This document shows, one piece after another, positions 8,010-16,945 of a stretch of 64,000 nucleotides of DNA (the stretch's first letter is position 1; the number at the start of each line of letters is the position of its first letter). The stretch is from Dehalococcoidia bacterium. GTDB taxonomy: Bacteria; Chloroflexota; Dehalococcoidia; DSTF01; RBG-16-68-14. A program made the position numbers and the translations under genes. The DNA lies in assembly GCA_040882355.1 (NCBI GenBank), contig JBBEBM010000004.1, positions 112,482 to 176,481 of the forward strand, in the 5' to 3' direction. A model generated the notes under the pieces. That model made no database searches. It saw nothing but the letters and a program-made list of their open reading frames with translations, and was not told the origin of the DNA.

Positions 8010-9191
8010 CTAGCTCACCGCGACTGCGGGCTCGGATGCCGGTGGCGCAGCGGGCGCTCTCGCCCAGATGACGAAAAGTCCCGCGTACCAGGCCGGCTCA
8101 GGCTCGTCCGGAAGATTGGTGTAGGCCACGCAGTACGTCCCGTCGATGCCGGTGAAGTCGAAGCGGAGCATCGCGCAGTCCGAGCAGACCCAGCCTGTGG
8201 AGGGTCGGTCGCGGAGCGCCGCGTGCCGATCAGCGTCGTCGCTCTCAGGCGAGTACGGCACCCAGGCACAATCGATGTTCTCGAACACACGAAAACGAAG
8301 TCCGCGGTCGCCGTTGCGCGACGCGCGGACGAAGGGCCCGGCGATCCACTGAGGCCACGGAGTGGTCGGCGCATGAGGGTACAGCAGCCAGCGCCTTCCC
8401 TCTGTGTCTGTGCACTCCAGCTTCATGAGAGGGGCGTCTTTGTGCGACCAGGCTCCGGTGAGCGCGCCGCCCGCCGGCACGTGATCCGCCTTTCGCCACT
8501 CTGCTTCGGCGTCGTCGCCGCTGAGCTGCTTCCAGCGGTTGAGCGGCAAGTAGAAGCCCGGCGCGAGCCGCACCTCGCGTTCTCCACGACGCCGAGCACT
8601 CCAGCGCAGCGCGGCGTTGAGAGGAATACATGCCAGGAGCGCTATCAGGAAGGTCGGGAACACGAGAGATAGGAGGCGCGAGAGCATGGTGCTGCCCATG
8701 GCCTGGAACGCAACGACGAGGGCGATCAGCACCGCACCGAGCAGGATCATGATCGCGGCGGCTACGGCGTTGTGGAGCAGGAAGCCGGTGCTCAGTTGGC
8801 CATGCTCATTCCGGTACGCTTCAACGAATGTCCAGATGCCCAGGGGCAAGAAGAGGACCGCGGTGCTGGCGGCCGCCAACTCTGGCTCGAACATCAAGCG
8901 GCAACCTATGGTGATTCCCACCAAGGACCAGAGGAGGGCAAGGGCTACCAGGACGTTTTGCCGGGCCTGCTTCCAGACATCGCTCGCCGGCTTCGATGCG
9001 AACAACGCGAGCGTGACCAGGGTAGGCGGGCCGAGGAGGAAGATCGAGAAGGAGATGGCATCGCCCGCCTGTACTGCCGGTTCGTCTGAGGGGCGTGCTG
9101 CGAATGCGGATACGATGCCCCACACGAACGTGAGCGAGACCGGGGCAAACAACGCCGCAGCGAACAGCTTCTGAGCCTTCGTCAGCCGCAA
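8010..9191 (-). CDS. Polytopic membrane protein of unknown function with a conserved Cys-containing C-terminal soluble domain (paralog 2)
   Basis: 393 aa. Same architecture as 6755-7951; both start MRLT(R/K)AQ.L. Shared motifs: YLPLN, GRRW, VFE.(L/I)DCAW, C.DC..LRFDF, C.A(F/Y)TNLP, WYAGL. Confidence 0.7.
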   Translation of the reverse strand: MRLTKAQKLFAAALFAPVSLTFVWGIVSAFAARPSDEPAVQAGDAISFSIFLLGPPTLVTLALFASKPASDVWKQARQNVLVALALLWSLVGITIGCRLMFEPELAAASTAVLFLPLGIWTFVEAYRNEHGQLSTGFLLHNAVAAAIMILLGAVLIALVVAFQAMGSTMLSRLLSLVFPTFLIALLACIPLNAALRWSARRRGEREVRLAPGFYLPLNRWKQLSGDDAEAEWRKADHVPAGGALTGAWSHKDAPLMKLECTDTEGRRWLLYPHAPTTPWPQWIAGPFVRASRNGDRGLRFRVFENIDCAWVPYSPESDDADRHAALRDRPSTGWVCSDCAMLRFDFTGIDGTYCVAYTNLPDEPEPAWYAGLFVIWARAPAAPPASEPAVAVS

Positions 9192-9284
9192 CTTCGTACC
9201 TCCATGGGTATTCTCGGCAAGGCGCGCTCACTCTTGGGGCGCCCTTGACCCTCACCCGCGCGCCCCGTCACAATCGATACCGCC

Positions 9285-9668
9285 ATGCCCGCGCGCAGCG
9301 ATGCGCCGCCTGCCGCGAAGGACGAGCGACTGGAGCTCGAGCCGCGTATCAAGCTCTGGGTGGAGAAGGACGGCCGGCTCGTGCTCAGCGACTACCGGGT
9401 GCAGCTCCTTCGCCACATCGCGGAGAGCGGCTCGCTCGCCGAGGCGGCGCAGCGGATGGGCCTCTCGTATCGACGCGCCTGGGGCAAGGTCCGCGAGATC
9501 GAACGCAACATTGGCGTGGCGCTGGTGCGAAGCGAGGCCGGCGGGGCCGGCGGCGGAGGCAGCAGGCTGACGCGCGAGGGAGAACGGCTGGTGGCCCTCT
9601 ACCAGCGCTTTCAGCGCAAGATGGAGACGGACCTGGGAAGGGAGTTCAAGGAGGTGTTCGATGGGTAG
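9285..9668 (+). CDS. ModE N-terminal-domain-like (LysR-type winged helix) transcriptional regulator, without Mop/TOBE domains
   Basis: 127 aa. IAESGSLAEAAQRMGLSYRRAWGKVREIERNIGVALV matches the ModE N-terminal HTH domain consensus. It sits directly upstream of a tungstate/molybdate ABC transporter. Confidence 0.7.
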   Translation: MPARSDAPPAAKDERLELEPRIKLWVEKDGRLVLSDYRVQLLRHIAESGSLAEAAQRMGLSYRRAWGKVREIERNIGVALVRSEAGGAGGGGSRLTREGERLVALYQRFQRKMETDLGREFKEVFDG

Positions 9669-10554
9669 CTTTTCGTTTGCCATCGATATGCTAGCAAAGG
9701 CATATCGATGGCCGGGTAGGGTCGCGGTCGGCCTGATCGCGGTCGTCGCACTGCTGCTGGCGGCGGGCTGCGGAGGCGGCGGCAGCGAGCTGATCCTGGC
9801 GACGACGACGAGCACGCAGGACAGCGGTCTGCTCGACGTGCTGGTGCCCTCGTTCGAGGACGGCAACGACTACAACGTGAAGGTGATCGCCGTCGGCAGC
9901 GGCCAGGCGATCGAGATGGGTGAGCGCGGCGACGCGGACGTGCTGCTGGTGCACGCGCCGTCGGCCGAAGAGGAGTTCGTCGATGCCGGGCACGGCACGA
10001 ACCGCCAGCTCGTCATGCACAACGACTTCATTATCGTCGGGCCGGCGGACGACCCGGCCGGTGTCGCTGACGCCGCCGACGCGACCGCTGCGATGCAGGC
10101 GATCGCCGCCGCCGCGGCGCCGTTCGTCAGCCGCGGCGACGACTCCGGCACGCACACGCGCGAGCTTTCCGTGTGGGAGGCCGCGGGCATCGACCCGGTT
10201 GGCGAATCTTGGTACGACGAGTCGGGCCAGGGGATGGGCGCGACGCTCCAGATCGCCGGCCAGACGGCCGCCTACACCATCTCCGACCGCGCGACCTACC
10301 TCTCGCAGCAGGACAATCTCGACCTGGAGCTGCTCTTCGAGGACGATCCCAAGCTGCTCAACATCTATCATGTGATGCAGGTGAACCCGGACGAGTTCGA
10401 CGACCTGAACTCCGAAGGCGCGGAGGCGTTCGTCGCGTTCATGATCGGCGACGACGCTCAACAGATGATCGGCGAGTTCGGCGTCGAAGAGTTCGGCGAG
10501 CCGCTCTTCGTGCCGGACGCGGGAAAATCGGAAGATGATCTGACGGGTCGGTAG
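9661..10554 (+). CDS. tupA: Tungstate/molybdate ABC transporter substrate-binding lipoprotein (TupA-like)
   Basis: 297 aa. Signal peptide with lipobox LLLAAGC, and the TupA-type ILATTTSTQDSGLL anion-binding motif. Confidence 0.7.
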   Translation: MGSFSFAIDMLAKAYRWPGRVAVGLIAVVALLLAAGCGGGGSELILATTTSTQDSGLLDVLVPSFEDGNDYNVKVIAVGSGQAIEMGERGDADVLLVHAPSAEEEFVDAGHGTNRQLVMHNDFIIVGPADDPAGVADAADATAAMQAIAAAAAPFVSRGDDSGTHTRELSVWEAAGIDPVGESWYDESGQGMGATLQIAGQTAAYTISDRATYLSQQDNLDLELLFEDDPKLLNIYHVMQVNPDEFDDLNSEGAEAFVAFMIGDDAQQMIGEFGVEEFGEPLFVPDAGKSEDDLTGR

Positions 10555-10657
10555 CTCGTTCGACCGTAGCTGCAGACCTTTAGGTCTGCCGGTGCCAACT
10601 GGCAGCGTGAAAGGCTAGTCGCTACGAGGCGCCATTGCGAGTCTAGAGGAGGGCGAC

Positions 10658-11356
10658 GTGGACCTGATCTGGGACGGCCTGCGCGAGGCGTTTCGCATCC
10701 TGGGCACGGGTGACCGCGACGTCTGGCGAACGGCGCTGCGCTCGCTGCTCATCTCCGGCTCCGCGACGGTGATCGCCCTCGTCATCGGCATCGTCGCCGG
10801 GGCAGCGCTCGCCTTCGGGCGGTTCCCTGGGCGGAACTTGACCGTGACGCTGGTGAACACGGGAATGGGCCTGCCGCCCGTCGTCGTCGGGCTGATGGTG
10901 GCGATCCTGTTCTGGCGCAGCGGTCCGTTCGGCGCGCTCCACCTGATCTACACGCCGGCGGCGATGGTGATCGCGCAGACGGTGATCGCCGCACCGCTGG
11001 TGACGGGCTTTACCGTCGCCGCGCTGGGGGCGCTGCCACCCCGGTTGCGGCCGCAGCTTTACGCGCTGGGGGCGTCGCGTCTGCAGATGCTCTGGCTGGT
11101 GCTGCTGGAGGCGCGGCTGCCGCTGCTCGCCGCAATCATGGCCGGCTTCGGCGCGGCCGTCTCCGAGGTGGGGGCGTCGCTGATGGTGGGCGGCAACCTC
11201 GCGGGCGAGACGCGCGTGCTCACGACCTCCGTCGTGCTGGAAGTGCAGCGCGGCGACTTCGACACGGCGATCGCGCTCTCGATCATCCTGCTCGTGATGA
11301 TCTTCGCGGTGAACCTCGTCCTGACGAGCGTCCAGCAGCGACAGCGCCCCCAATGA
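10658..11356 (+). CDS. tupB: ABC transporter permease (TupB/ModB-like)
   Basis: 232 aa, multi-TM, with an EAA-like loop (GASRLQMLWLVLLEARLP) of type I ABC importer permeases. Adjacent to the substrate-binding and ATPase genes. Confidence 0.8.
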   Translation: MDLIWDGLREAFRILGTGDRDVWRTALRSLLISGSATVIALVIGIVAGAALAFGRFPGRNLTVTLVNTGMGLPPVVVGLMVAILFWRSGPFGALHLIYTPAAMVIAQTVIAAPLVTGFTVAALGALPPRLRPQLYALGASRLQMLWLVLLEARLPLLAAIMAGFGAAVSEVGASLMVGGNLAGETRVLTTSVVLEVQRGDFDTAIALSIILLVMIFAVNLVLTSVQQRQRPQ

Positions 11357-12444
11357 CCGCGAAGCTCTCGCTGCGCGACGTCGTCGTGCGACGAGGGGGC
11401 GCGGAGCTGCTGCGCGTGCCCGAGCTGGACGTCGTGGAGGGCGAGGTGCTCGCCCTGCTCGGCCCGAACGGCGCGGGAAAGAGCACGCTGCTCCAGGTGC
11501 TGGCGCTGCTCGAACGCCCGAGCGAGGGCGCCGTCCGTTTCGAGGGCGAGCCTGTCGCCGGACGAGACCTGGCCTTGCGCCGGCGGATGGCGGTCGTCTT
11601 TCAGGAGTCGTTGCTGCTCGACAAGTCGGTCGAGTCGAACGTCGCGCTGGGCCTGGCGCTGCGCGGCGTCGGCCGGCGCGAGCGGATCGAGCGCGCGCGG
11701 CGCTGGCTCGCCCGCTTCGGCATCGAAGCGCTCGCGCGGCGTTCGGCCCGCAGCATCTCGGGCGGCGAGGCGCAGCGGGCGTCGCTCGCCCGCGCGTTCG
11801 TGCTGGAGCCGGAGGTGCTGCTGCTGGACGAGCCATTCAGCGCGCTCGACCAACCGACGCGCGAGGCGCTCGTCGACGAGCTGGCGACCGTGCTGCGCGA
11901 GACCGGCATCACCAGCGTCTTCGTCACGCACGACCGCGACGAGGCGGCGCGGCTCGCGCATCGCGTGGCGGTGCTGGCGGGCGGACGGTTGCGCCAGGTC
12001 GGGCCCGCGGCGGAGGTCTTCGCCGCGCCGGCCGACGAGACCGTCGCCGCCTACGTAGGTGTCGAGACGGTCGCGCCGGGCCGTGTCATCGAATCGAGCG
12101 AGGGGCTCGTGGCGCTCCAGGTGGGCGACGCGCGGGTCGAGGCGGCGTCGAACAGCTTCACGGCGAGCGAGGCGCTCGTCTGCCTGCGACCGGAGGACGT
12201 GGTGCTGTCGCCGGGGCACGGCATCGTCGCGGACAGCGCACGGAACCACCTGCGCGGCGTCGTCCGCCGCGTCACACCCGCGGGCGGCGAGGTGCGCGTC
12301 GAGGTGGACTGCGGCTTCCCGCTGATCGCGAGCATCACGCGCCGGTCGCTGGAGGAGTTGGGCCTGGACGCCGGCTCGGCCGTCACGGCCTCGTTCAAGG
12401 CGACGGCGGTGCACCTGATCCCGCGGGGCCCTTCGTCACCCTGA
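11353..12444 (+). CDS. tupC: ABC transporter ATP-binding protein with C-terminal TOBE-like domain (TupC/ModC-like)
   Basis: 363 aa. Walker A GPNGAGKST, signature SGGEAQR, Walker B LLLDEP. The C-terminal ~130 aa resemble a TOBE/Mop domain. Its start overlaps the permease stop. Confidence 0.8.
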   Translation: MTAKLSLRDVVVRRGGAELLRVPELDVVEGEVLALLGPNGAGKSTLLQVLALLERPSEGAVRFEGEPVAGRDLALRRRMAVVFQESLLLDKSVESNVALGLALRGVGRRERIERARRWLARFGIEALARRSARSISGGEAQRASLARAFVLEPEVLLLDEPFSALDQPTREALVDELATVLRETGITSVFVTHDRDEAARLAHRVAVLAGGRLRQVGPAAEVFAAPADETVAAYVGVETVAPGRVIESSEGLVALQVGDARVEAASNSFTASEALVCLRPEDVVLSPGHGIVADSARNHLRGVVRRVTPAGGEVRVEVDCGFPLIASITRRSLEELGLDAGSAVTASFKATAVHLIPRGPSSP

Positions 12445-12560
12445 GCGCAGCGAAGGGTCTCGCTACTAGATGCCAAAACGCTGCATCCCGGTCAGAGACC
12501 AGGGGATGCCTCTCGCTCAGACGCGAGATTCTTTGCTTCGTTCAGAATGACAGAGGTGGT

Positions 12561-13076
12561 CTAGCCCTGTAACCCGAGGATGTTCACGAGCACGCGGCGC
12601 TCGCGCGGGCGGTCGAGCTCAATCAGGAAGATGCGCTGCCACTGGCCCAGGGCGAGCCGTCCGTCCAGGATCGGGATCGTCTCGCTCGTGCTGAGGAAGA
12701 GGTGCTGGCAGTGGGCGTGGCCATTCGCGCACTCGTCTTCGTCCATGTTCACGGTGCGGCGCGTGAAATCGTTGTGGTCGTACTCGCCGTTCTGAGGCGC
12801 GATCTCGTGCAGGCGGCGCGCCATGTCGTCGAGAAGCAGCGGCTCGTTCTCGTTCACGCGGACGGCGGCGGTGGTGTGGTTGCTGAAGACGGTCACCTGG
12901 CCGAAGATGACCCCCGAGTCGCTCACGACGCGTTCGACGTCGTCGGTGATGTCGATGAACTCCGGCGCCGTGGTCGTCGGGACGTAGAGGGCTTCGCAAA
13001 GGACGGCGAACTGTTGTCCAAAGGAGGAAGCGACGCTCTCGCGGCGGGTGGCGACTTCAGTGAGGGTCTGTTCCAT
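12561..13076 (-). CDS. YjbQ/UPF0047 family protein (secondary thiamine-phosphate synthase-like)
   Basis: ITDDVERVV ... GQVTVFSNHTTAAVRVNENEP ... CQHLFLSTSETIPILDGRLALGQWQRIFLIELDRPRERRV matches the YjbQ family. The track ORF begins 44 codons upstream; the internal ATG at 13076 gives the canonical length. Confidence 0.8.
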   Translation of the reverse strand: MEQTLTEVATRRESVASSFGQQFAVLCEALYVPTTTAPEFIDITDDVERVVSDSGVIFGQVTVFSNHTTAAVRVNENEPLLLDDMARRLHEIAPQNGEYDHNDFTRRTVNMDEDECANGHAHCQHLFLSTSETIPILDGRLALGQWQRIFLIELDRPRERRVLVNILGLQG

Positions 13077-13204
13077 GCGCTGTCTCACTCCTCCCAGCGT
13101 CGATTGGGGCGCCCCTCCGAGGCGCGGCTGTAGTGTATCACGTCGCTCTCCTATAACCGAGCTTACCCGTGCCTTTCGTTGACCGCAAGCGGTGGTTTGC
13201 TCAG

Positions 13205-14542
13205 TCAACGACGAGGTTCGGGCGAGGGATCGCTCAGCTTCGTGCCGGGTCCCACCCGCTCAAGCAGCGCCGTATATCCGCTCGCTGCGAGGATGGAGAG
13301 AACAGGCAGCAGGGCGAGGTGATAGCGGGCATCGCCAAAGAAGAGGACGCCAAACATGAATGACCAGAGGCCGACTGTTCCGAACAGTAACGTGTAGCCA
13401 GAGCGCGAAGACGAGGAAGGACGCAGGGCAACTGCCAGCAGGGCACCAGCCAGCACAAACCAATAGTACGCCTCAGCGATGACGCGCGCCTGGCCGAACG
13501 AGGGCGGACCGGACCACGACGGCTCGATCAGCAACCGTCCATAGGCAGTCCATACGGGGTCGTACGCGTACAGCCGCCGGAGCTTTGCGGGCGTTCGACC
13601 TAGGTCGGCGAGAGGGTTCGACATGAAGTCGTCCACTGCTCTCCGCATGGCGGCGCGGTCGATCTCCAGAGAGCGTTCCGGCTCTGGCAGGTCTCGGTAG
13701 CCGGACGCAAGGTCGTAGTAGGGGTTGAGGTCGCCGGTGCCTCGGCCGACGAAGAAAGATACCCCGGTTCTGGTCGTGAGAAACACAGGAGCGTCAAACG
13801 CCAGCGTGTTGCGGGCCGCCCACGGGACCACGAATACCGCCATACCGCAGACGACGAAGGCAACCAGCCGGCACGTTACTCTCCAGGACAGGCCGCGAGC
13901 AAGCAGTAGCGCGAAGATTAAGGTGGGAAGGAGGAGCGCCTCGGTCCGGATCAGCGTGGCGGCGCCCACCATCAGCCCTAGGACAAACGCTCTCCAGCCA
14001 AGGACGTTGCCGCTCGCGACGAAAAGGATGAAGGCAAGAACGAAGGCGAACATCACCTCCGTGAGCAGGACGGCTGACCACAAGATGTGAACCGGGAAGA
14101 GCGCCAGGATCAGGCCGGCCCCGAGCCCCACCCTGGTATCGAAAAGGCGCGCGCCCAGCAGGAAGGTCACCACGCAGGTGGCGGAGGCCACAACGGCGCT
14201 AAAGATTTGCGCTGATAGCACGTTCGGGCCGGAGAGCAAGTAGAAGACGCTCAGGATAGCCGGCCAGCCCAGCGGAGCGCGCGCGGTCGGAGCACCCGCC
14301 GGGTCCACGTAGCCATCGCCCTGAGCCAGGGAGCGCGCCGTGAACATGTAGTAGCTCATGTCGTCGCGCGGCGCCTCCGTGGCTTCCTGCGGGTGCTCAT
14401 AAATGTCGTTCCAGACTCCGGCCACGTCAGGACTGACCACCCAGGCGAGTCGAGGCGCGAGAGCGAGAAGGAAGACCAGGGTCGCCAGCAGAACGGGCGC
14501 GCGCGTTGCTGCTACCCGGGCAGAGGACCAGAGACGGGCCAT
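13205..14542 (-). CDS. GT39/ArnT-like membrane glycosyltransferase (PMT_2 family)
   Basis: 445 aa with more than 10 predicted TM helices. An N-terminal periplasmic-loop region with an acidic motif near the first TM is typical of ArnT/PMT-type polyprenyl-phosphate-sugar transferases. Confidence 0.7.
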   Translation of the reverse strand: MARLWSSARVAATRAPVLLATLVFLLALAPRLAWVVSPDVAGVWNDIYEHPQEATEAPRDDMSYYMFTARSLAQGDGYVDPAGAPTARAPLGWPAILSVFYLLSGPNVLSAQIFSAVVASATCVVTFLLGARLFDTRVGLGAGLILALFPVHILWSAVLLTEVMFAFVLAFILFVASGNVLGWRAFVLGLMVGAATLIRTEALLLPTLIFALLLARGLSWRVTCRLVAFVVCGMAVFVVPWAARNTLAFDAPVFLTTRTGVSFFVGRGTGDLNPYYDLASGYRDLPEPERSLEIDRAAMRRAVDDFMSNPLADLGRTPAKLRRLYAYDPVWTAYGRLLIEPSWSGPPSFGQARVIAEAYYWFVLAGALLAVALRPSSSSRSGYTLLFGTVGLWSFMFGVLFFGDARYHLALLPVLSILAASGYTALLERVGPGTKLSDPSPEPRR

Positions 14543-14710
14543 ACGACGCTACAGACCAGCGCGGACGCGACCTGCCATGTGCCCCCTTTTCCGCTCAGAC
14601 TGATTACCCTGAGCAGCTTGCAGTCGTAAGACCTTAGCAGATGGCAGCAACTCTTGCCACGTCGCCTAGATACGTCATCTCGGCCAGCGGGTCCGGGCGC
14701 GATCCAGCGC

Positions 14711-15103
14711 CTACAGCGGCTGGCGCCCCGCGAAGCCCGTGTCCAGCTCGTGCCAGTAGCCGATGCCTTCCTCGCCCAGCTTCCAGCAGAGGTAGACGGT
14801 GCGCCCGTCGCGCTCCGATTGGAAGTCGATCAGCCCCTCTTCGAGGCCCTTCAGCTCGCAGCCGATCTCGTTCAGCTCGGCCAGCAGCTCGTTCAGGCGT
14901 TCGACGAGGCGCTGCGCGTCGTCCTTCTTGCGCTTGACCTCCGGCTCCAGGACGTGGCCGTTGCCCGCGGACGAGGCCGTCAGCTCGTCGAGCTGCTCGC
15001 GCAGGGCGTCGACGGCAGGCTTCGCGGCCTGCATCTCGACGAGCATTTCGCTGAGGCGTGGCAGGAGGGCGGTCGCTTCCTCGATGGTGAAGAGGCGGGG
15101 CAT
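14711..15103 (-). CDS. DUF2203-like hypothetical protein
   Basis: Conserved-looking MPRLFTIEEATALLPRL start, with a coiled-coil middle and a C-terminal GCELKG..EGLIDF ... YLCWKLGE segment. The track ORF has a 14-aa N-terminal extension. Confidence 0.55.
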   Translation of the reverse strand: MPRLFTIEEATALLPRLSEMLVEMQAAKPAVDALREQLDELTASSAGNGHVLEPEVKRKKDDAQRLVERLNELLAELNEIGCELKGLEEGLIDFQSERDGRTVYLCWKLGEEGIGYWHELDTGFAGRQPL

Positions 15104-15425
15104 GGCGCGATCGGCGCCAGTGTAGCAGAGAACCCGCCGGGCCACAGACGTTCACAGATTGACACAGGTGGTTAGGAAGGCCCGACGCCGTAGGGGCGAG
15201 AGCCTGCCCTGAGCGAAGTCGAAGGGTCCGGTCACCCTGGGCGACTGTAGGGGCGACCATCTGGTCGCCCTGGGCGACGCAGTCGCCGCAACTGCGCGCG
15301 ACCCCGCGGTCAACGCCTTCCAGCGCGCGGCCGGCTTCCACGGAGCGGCCATGATCCGTGTTGCATCTGTGCCAATCTGTGTGCATCTGTGGCTGATATC
15401 CGGCGTCTGCTACCATGCAATCGTT

Positions 15426-16100
15426 ATGTCTGAAGCCCCCGTAACCGAGCTGATGGTGCGCGGCATCGTCGTCGGCGTGTTCGCCGAAAACTGCTGGGTG
15501 ATCGGGTCGCGGCGCAGCGGCGAGGGCATCGTCGTCGACCCGGGCGACCAGCCGGAGGAGATCCTGGCGCTGGCGAAAGACATGGGCGTGAACGTCAAGC
15601 TGATCGTCAACTCGCACGCGCACATCGACCACATCCTGGGCGTGCGTGGTGTGCAGCAGGCGACGAACGCGAAGTTCCTCCTCCACCCGGGCGATCTGGA
15701 GATCGCGCGGACCGGGCATCTGGCGGCCGCGCGCATGCTCGGGCGCGACGTCGAGCCGCCGCCCGACCCGGACGCCGGGCTCTCGGACGGCGATGAGGTG
15801 GCGGTGGACGGCCTGAAGCTGACGGTGATCCACACGCCGGGCCATACGCCGGGCAGCGTCTCGTTCTACACGGAAGGCCTGCTCTTCAGCGGCGACACGC
15901 TCTTCCGAGGCTCGATAGGCCGTACCGACCTGCCCGGCGGCGACTACCGGCAGGAGATGGCGAGCATCGTCGACAAGCTGCTCGCGCTGCCCGACGACAC
16001 CGTCGTCCTGCCCGGCCACATGGAGGAGACGCGCATCGGCCAGGAGCGCGCGGCCAACCCCTTCGTCCTGGAGGAGCTCGAGCGCCGGCGGGCCGAGTGA
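15426..16100 (+). CDS. MBL-fold metallo-hydrolase (glyoxalase II-like)
   Basis: The HxHxDH motif SHAHIDH, TPGHTPGS, and a final GH metal-ligand motif. Start taken at MSEAPV, the internal Met of the track ORF. Confidence 0.8.
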   Translation: MSEAPVTELMVRGIVVGVFAENCWVIGSRRSGEGIVVDPGDQPEEILALAKDMGVNVKLIVNSHAHIDHILGVRGVQQATNAKFLLHPGDLEIARTGHLAAARMLGRDVEPPPDPDAGLSDGDEVAVDGLKLTVIHTPGHTPGSVSFYTEGLLFSGDTLFRGSIGRTDLPGGDYRQEMASIVDKLLALPDDTVVLPGHMEETRIGQERAANPFVLEELERRRAE

Positions 16101-16110
16101 GGAGCGTTAC

Positions 16111-16866
16111 GTGGCTGGCGGTGGATCGCTGGGGCTCGTAAGGGAAAAGCTGGACTGGGCCGGACATCACCTGAATGCTCTCGAACACGAGATCCAAGCC
16201 TTCAAAGACACGGACCCGATTCCCGTTGGCAGAGAGTTTGACCTGAAGACGACGGAGGAGGTTTGGTACGTCGATGGCGTTTCCCAAGAGCCGCCCAGGA
16301 GGCTAAGTTTCATCGCGGGAGATTTCCTCTCGAACCTCAGGGCCAGCCTGGACTACTTGGTCTGGCAACTTGTGTTGGAGAACGGGGGCACGCCGGAGCG
16401 GAGCAACGCGTTCCCTATCTGTGCCAAGCCGTCCGCTTGGGCCTCCGCCCTTAGCAGGGACAGGCTAAAGGGGACAAGCGACAAGGCGGTAACAGCGATC
16501 AAGGGGCTCCAGCCATGCTTCGGAACGAATCCGTACAGGAACCAATGGCTTCAGTGGATCGACGACCTCGCCGTAATCGATAAACACCGACACCTGCACC
16601 TGTTCACTGCTGGTACTGAGGGAGGATTCTTTCTGCCAGGAGTCCCGATGGACTCCGTGTTCGAGATCCGAAATGGCCGTGTTGAGAACGGCACGGAGTT
16701 GGCCCGCCTCGGCGGTCACCATCCCGGCGTGAATTTCGCTCCGGCAATTGGCATAGCCTTCCGGGCGGGTGGAGCAGCGAGCGATGAGTCCGTCCGAATG
16801 ACGTTCTACGCAATTCGTGAAATGGTCAAAATTATACTGGAAGAGTTCTCCGAACTCTTCTCTTAG
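16111..16866 (+). CDS. Hypothetical protein encoded on a low-GC insert (no recognised domain)
   Basis: 251-aa ORF with ~57% GC in a ~70% GC context. It is bounded downstream by tandem duplications of the neighbouring gene's 3' end. Confidence 0.5.
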   Translation: MAGGGSLGLVREKLDWAGHHLNALEHEIQAFKDTDPIPVGREFDLKTTEEVWYVDGVSQEPPRRLSFIAGDFLSNLRASLDYLVWQLVLENGGTPERSNAFPICAKPSAWASALSRDRLKGTSDKAVTAIKGLQPCFGTNPYRNQWLQWIDDLAVIDKHRHLHLFTAGTEGGFFLPGVPMDSVFEIRNGRVENGTELARLGGHHPGVNFAPAIGIAFRAGGAASDESVRMTFYAIREMVKIILEEFSELFS

Positions 16867-16945
16867 CCCAGCATTCCCATCGAGCGGATTTTGGCCGAGC
16901 TTCGACGAAAAGGGGAGTTGGCATCGCACTGGGCCGCCTCCAGCG

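Noticed and set aside
10643-12414. Long minus-strand ORFs (397 and 451 aa) antisense to tupB/tupC
   Set aside because: Poly-Arg/Pro/Ala translations with no motifs. The sense-strand ABC transporter genes carry unmistakable Walker, signature and permease motifs.
12445-12560. Possible bidirectional terminator between tupC and the yjbQ-family gene
   Set aside because: Only short, imperfect inverted repeats (agcga...tcgct; agaccag...) are present, with no stable GC-rich stem plus U-tract.
14634-16019. 461-aa minus-strand ORF overlapping the MBL-hydrolase and DUF2203 genes
   Set aside because: The translation is Arg/Ala/Gly-rich low-complexity, typical of antisense frames in ~70% GC DNA. It overlaps two genes with clear family motifs on their own frames.
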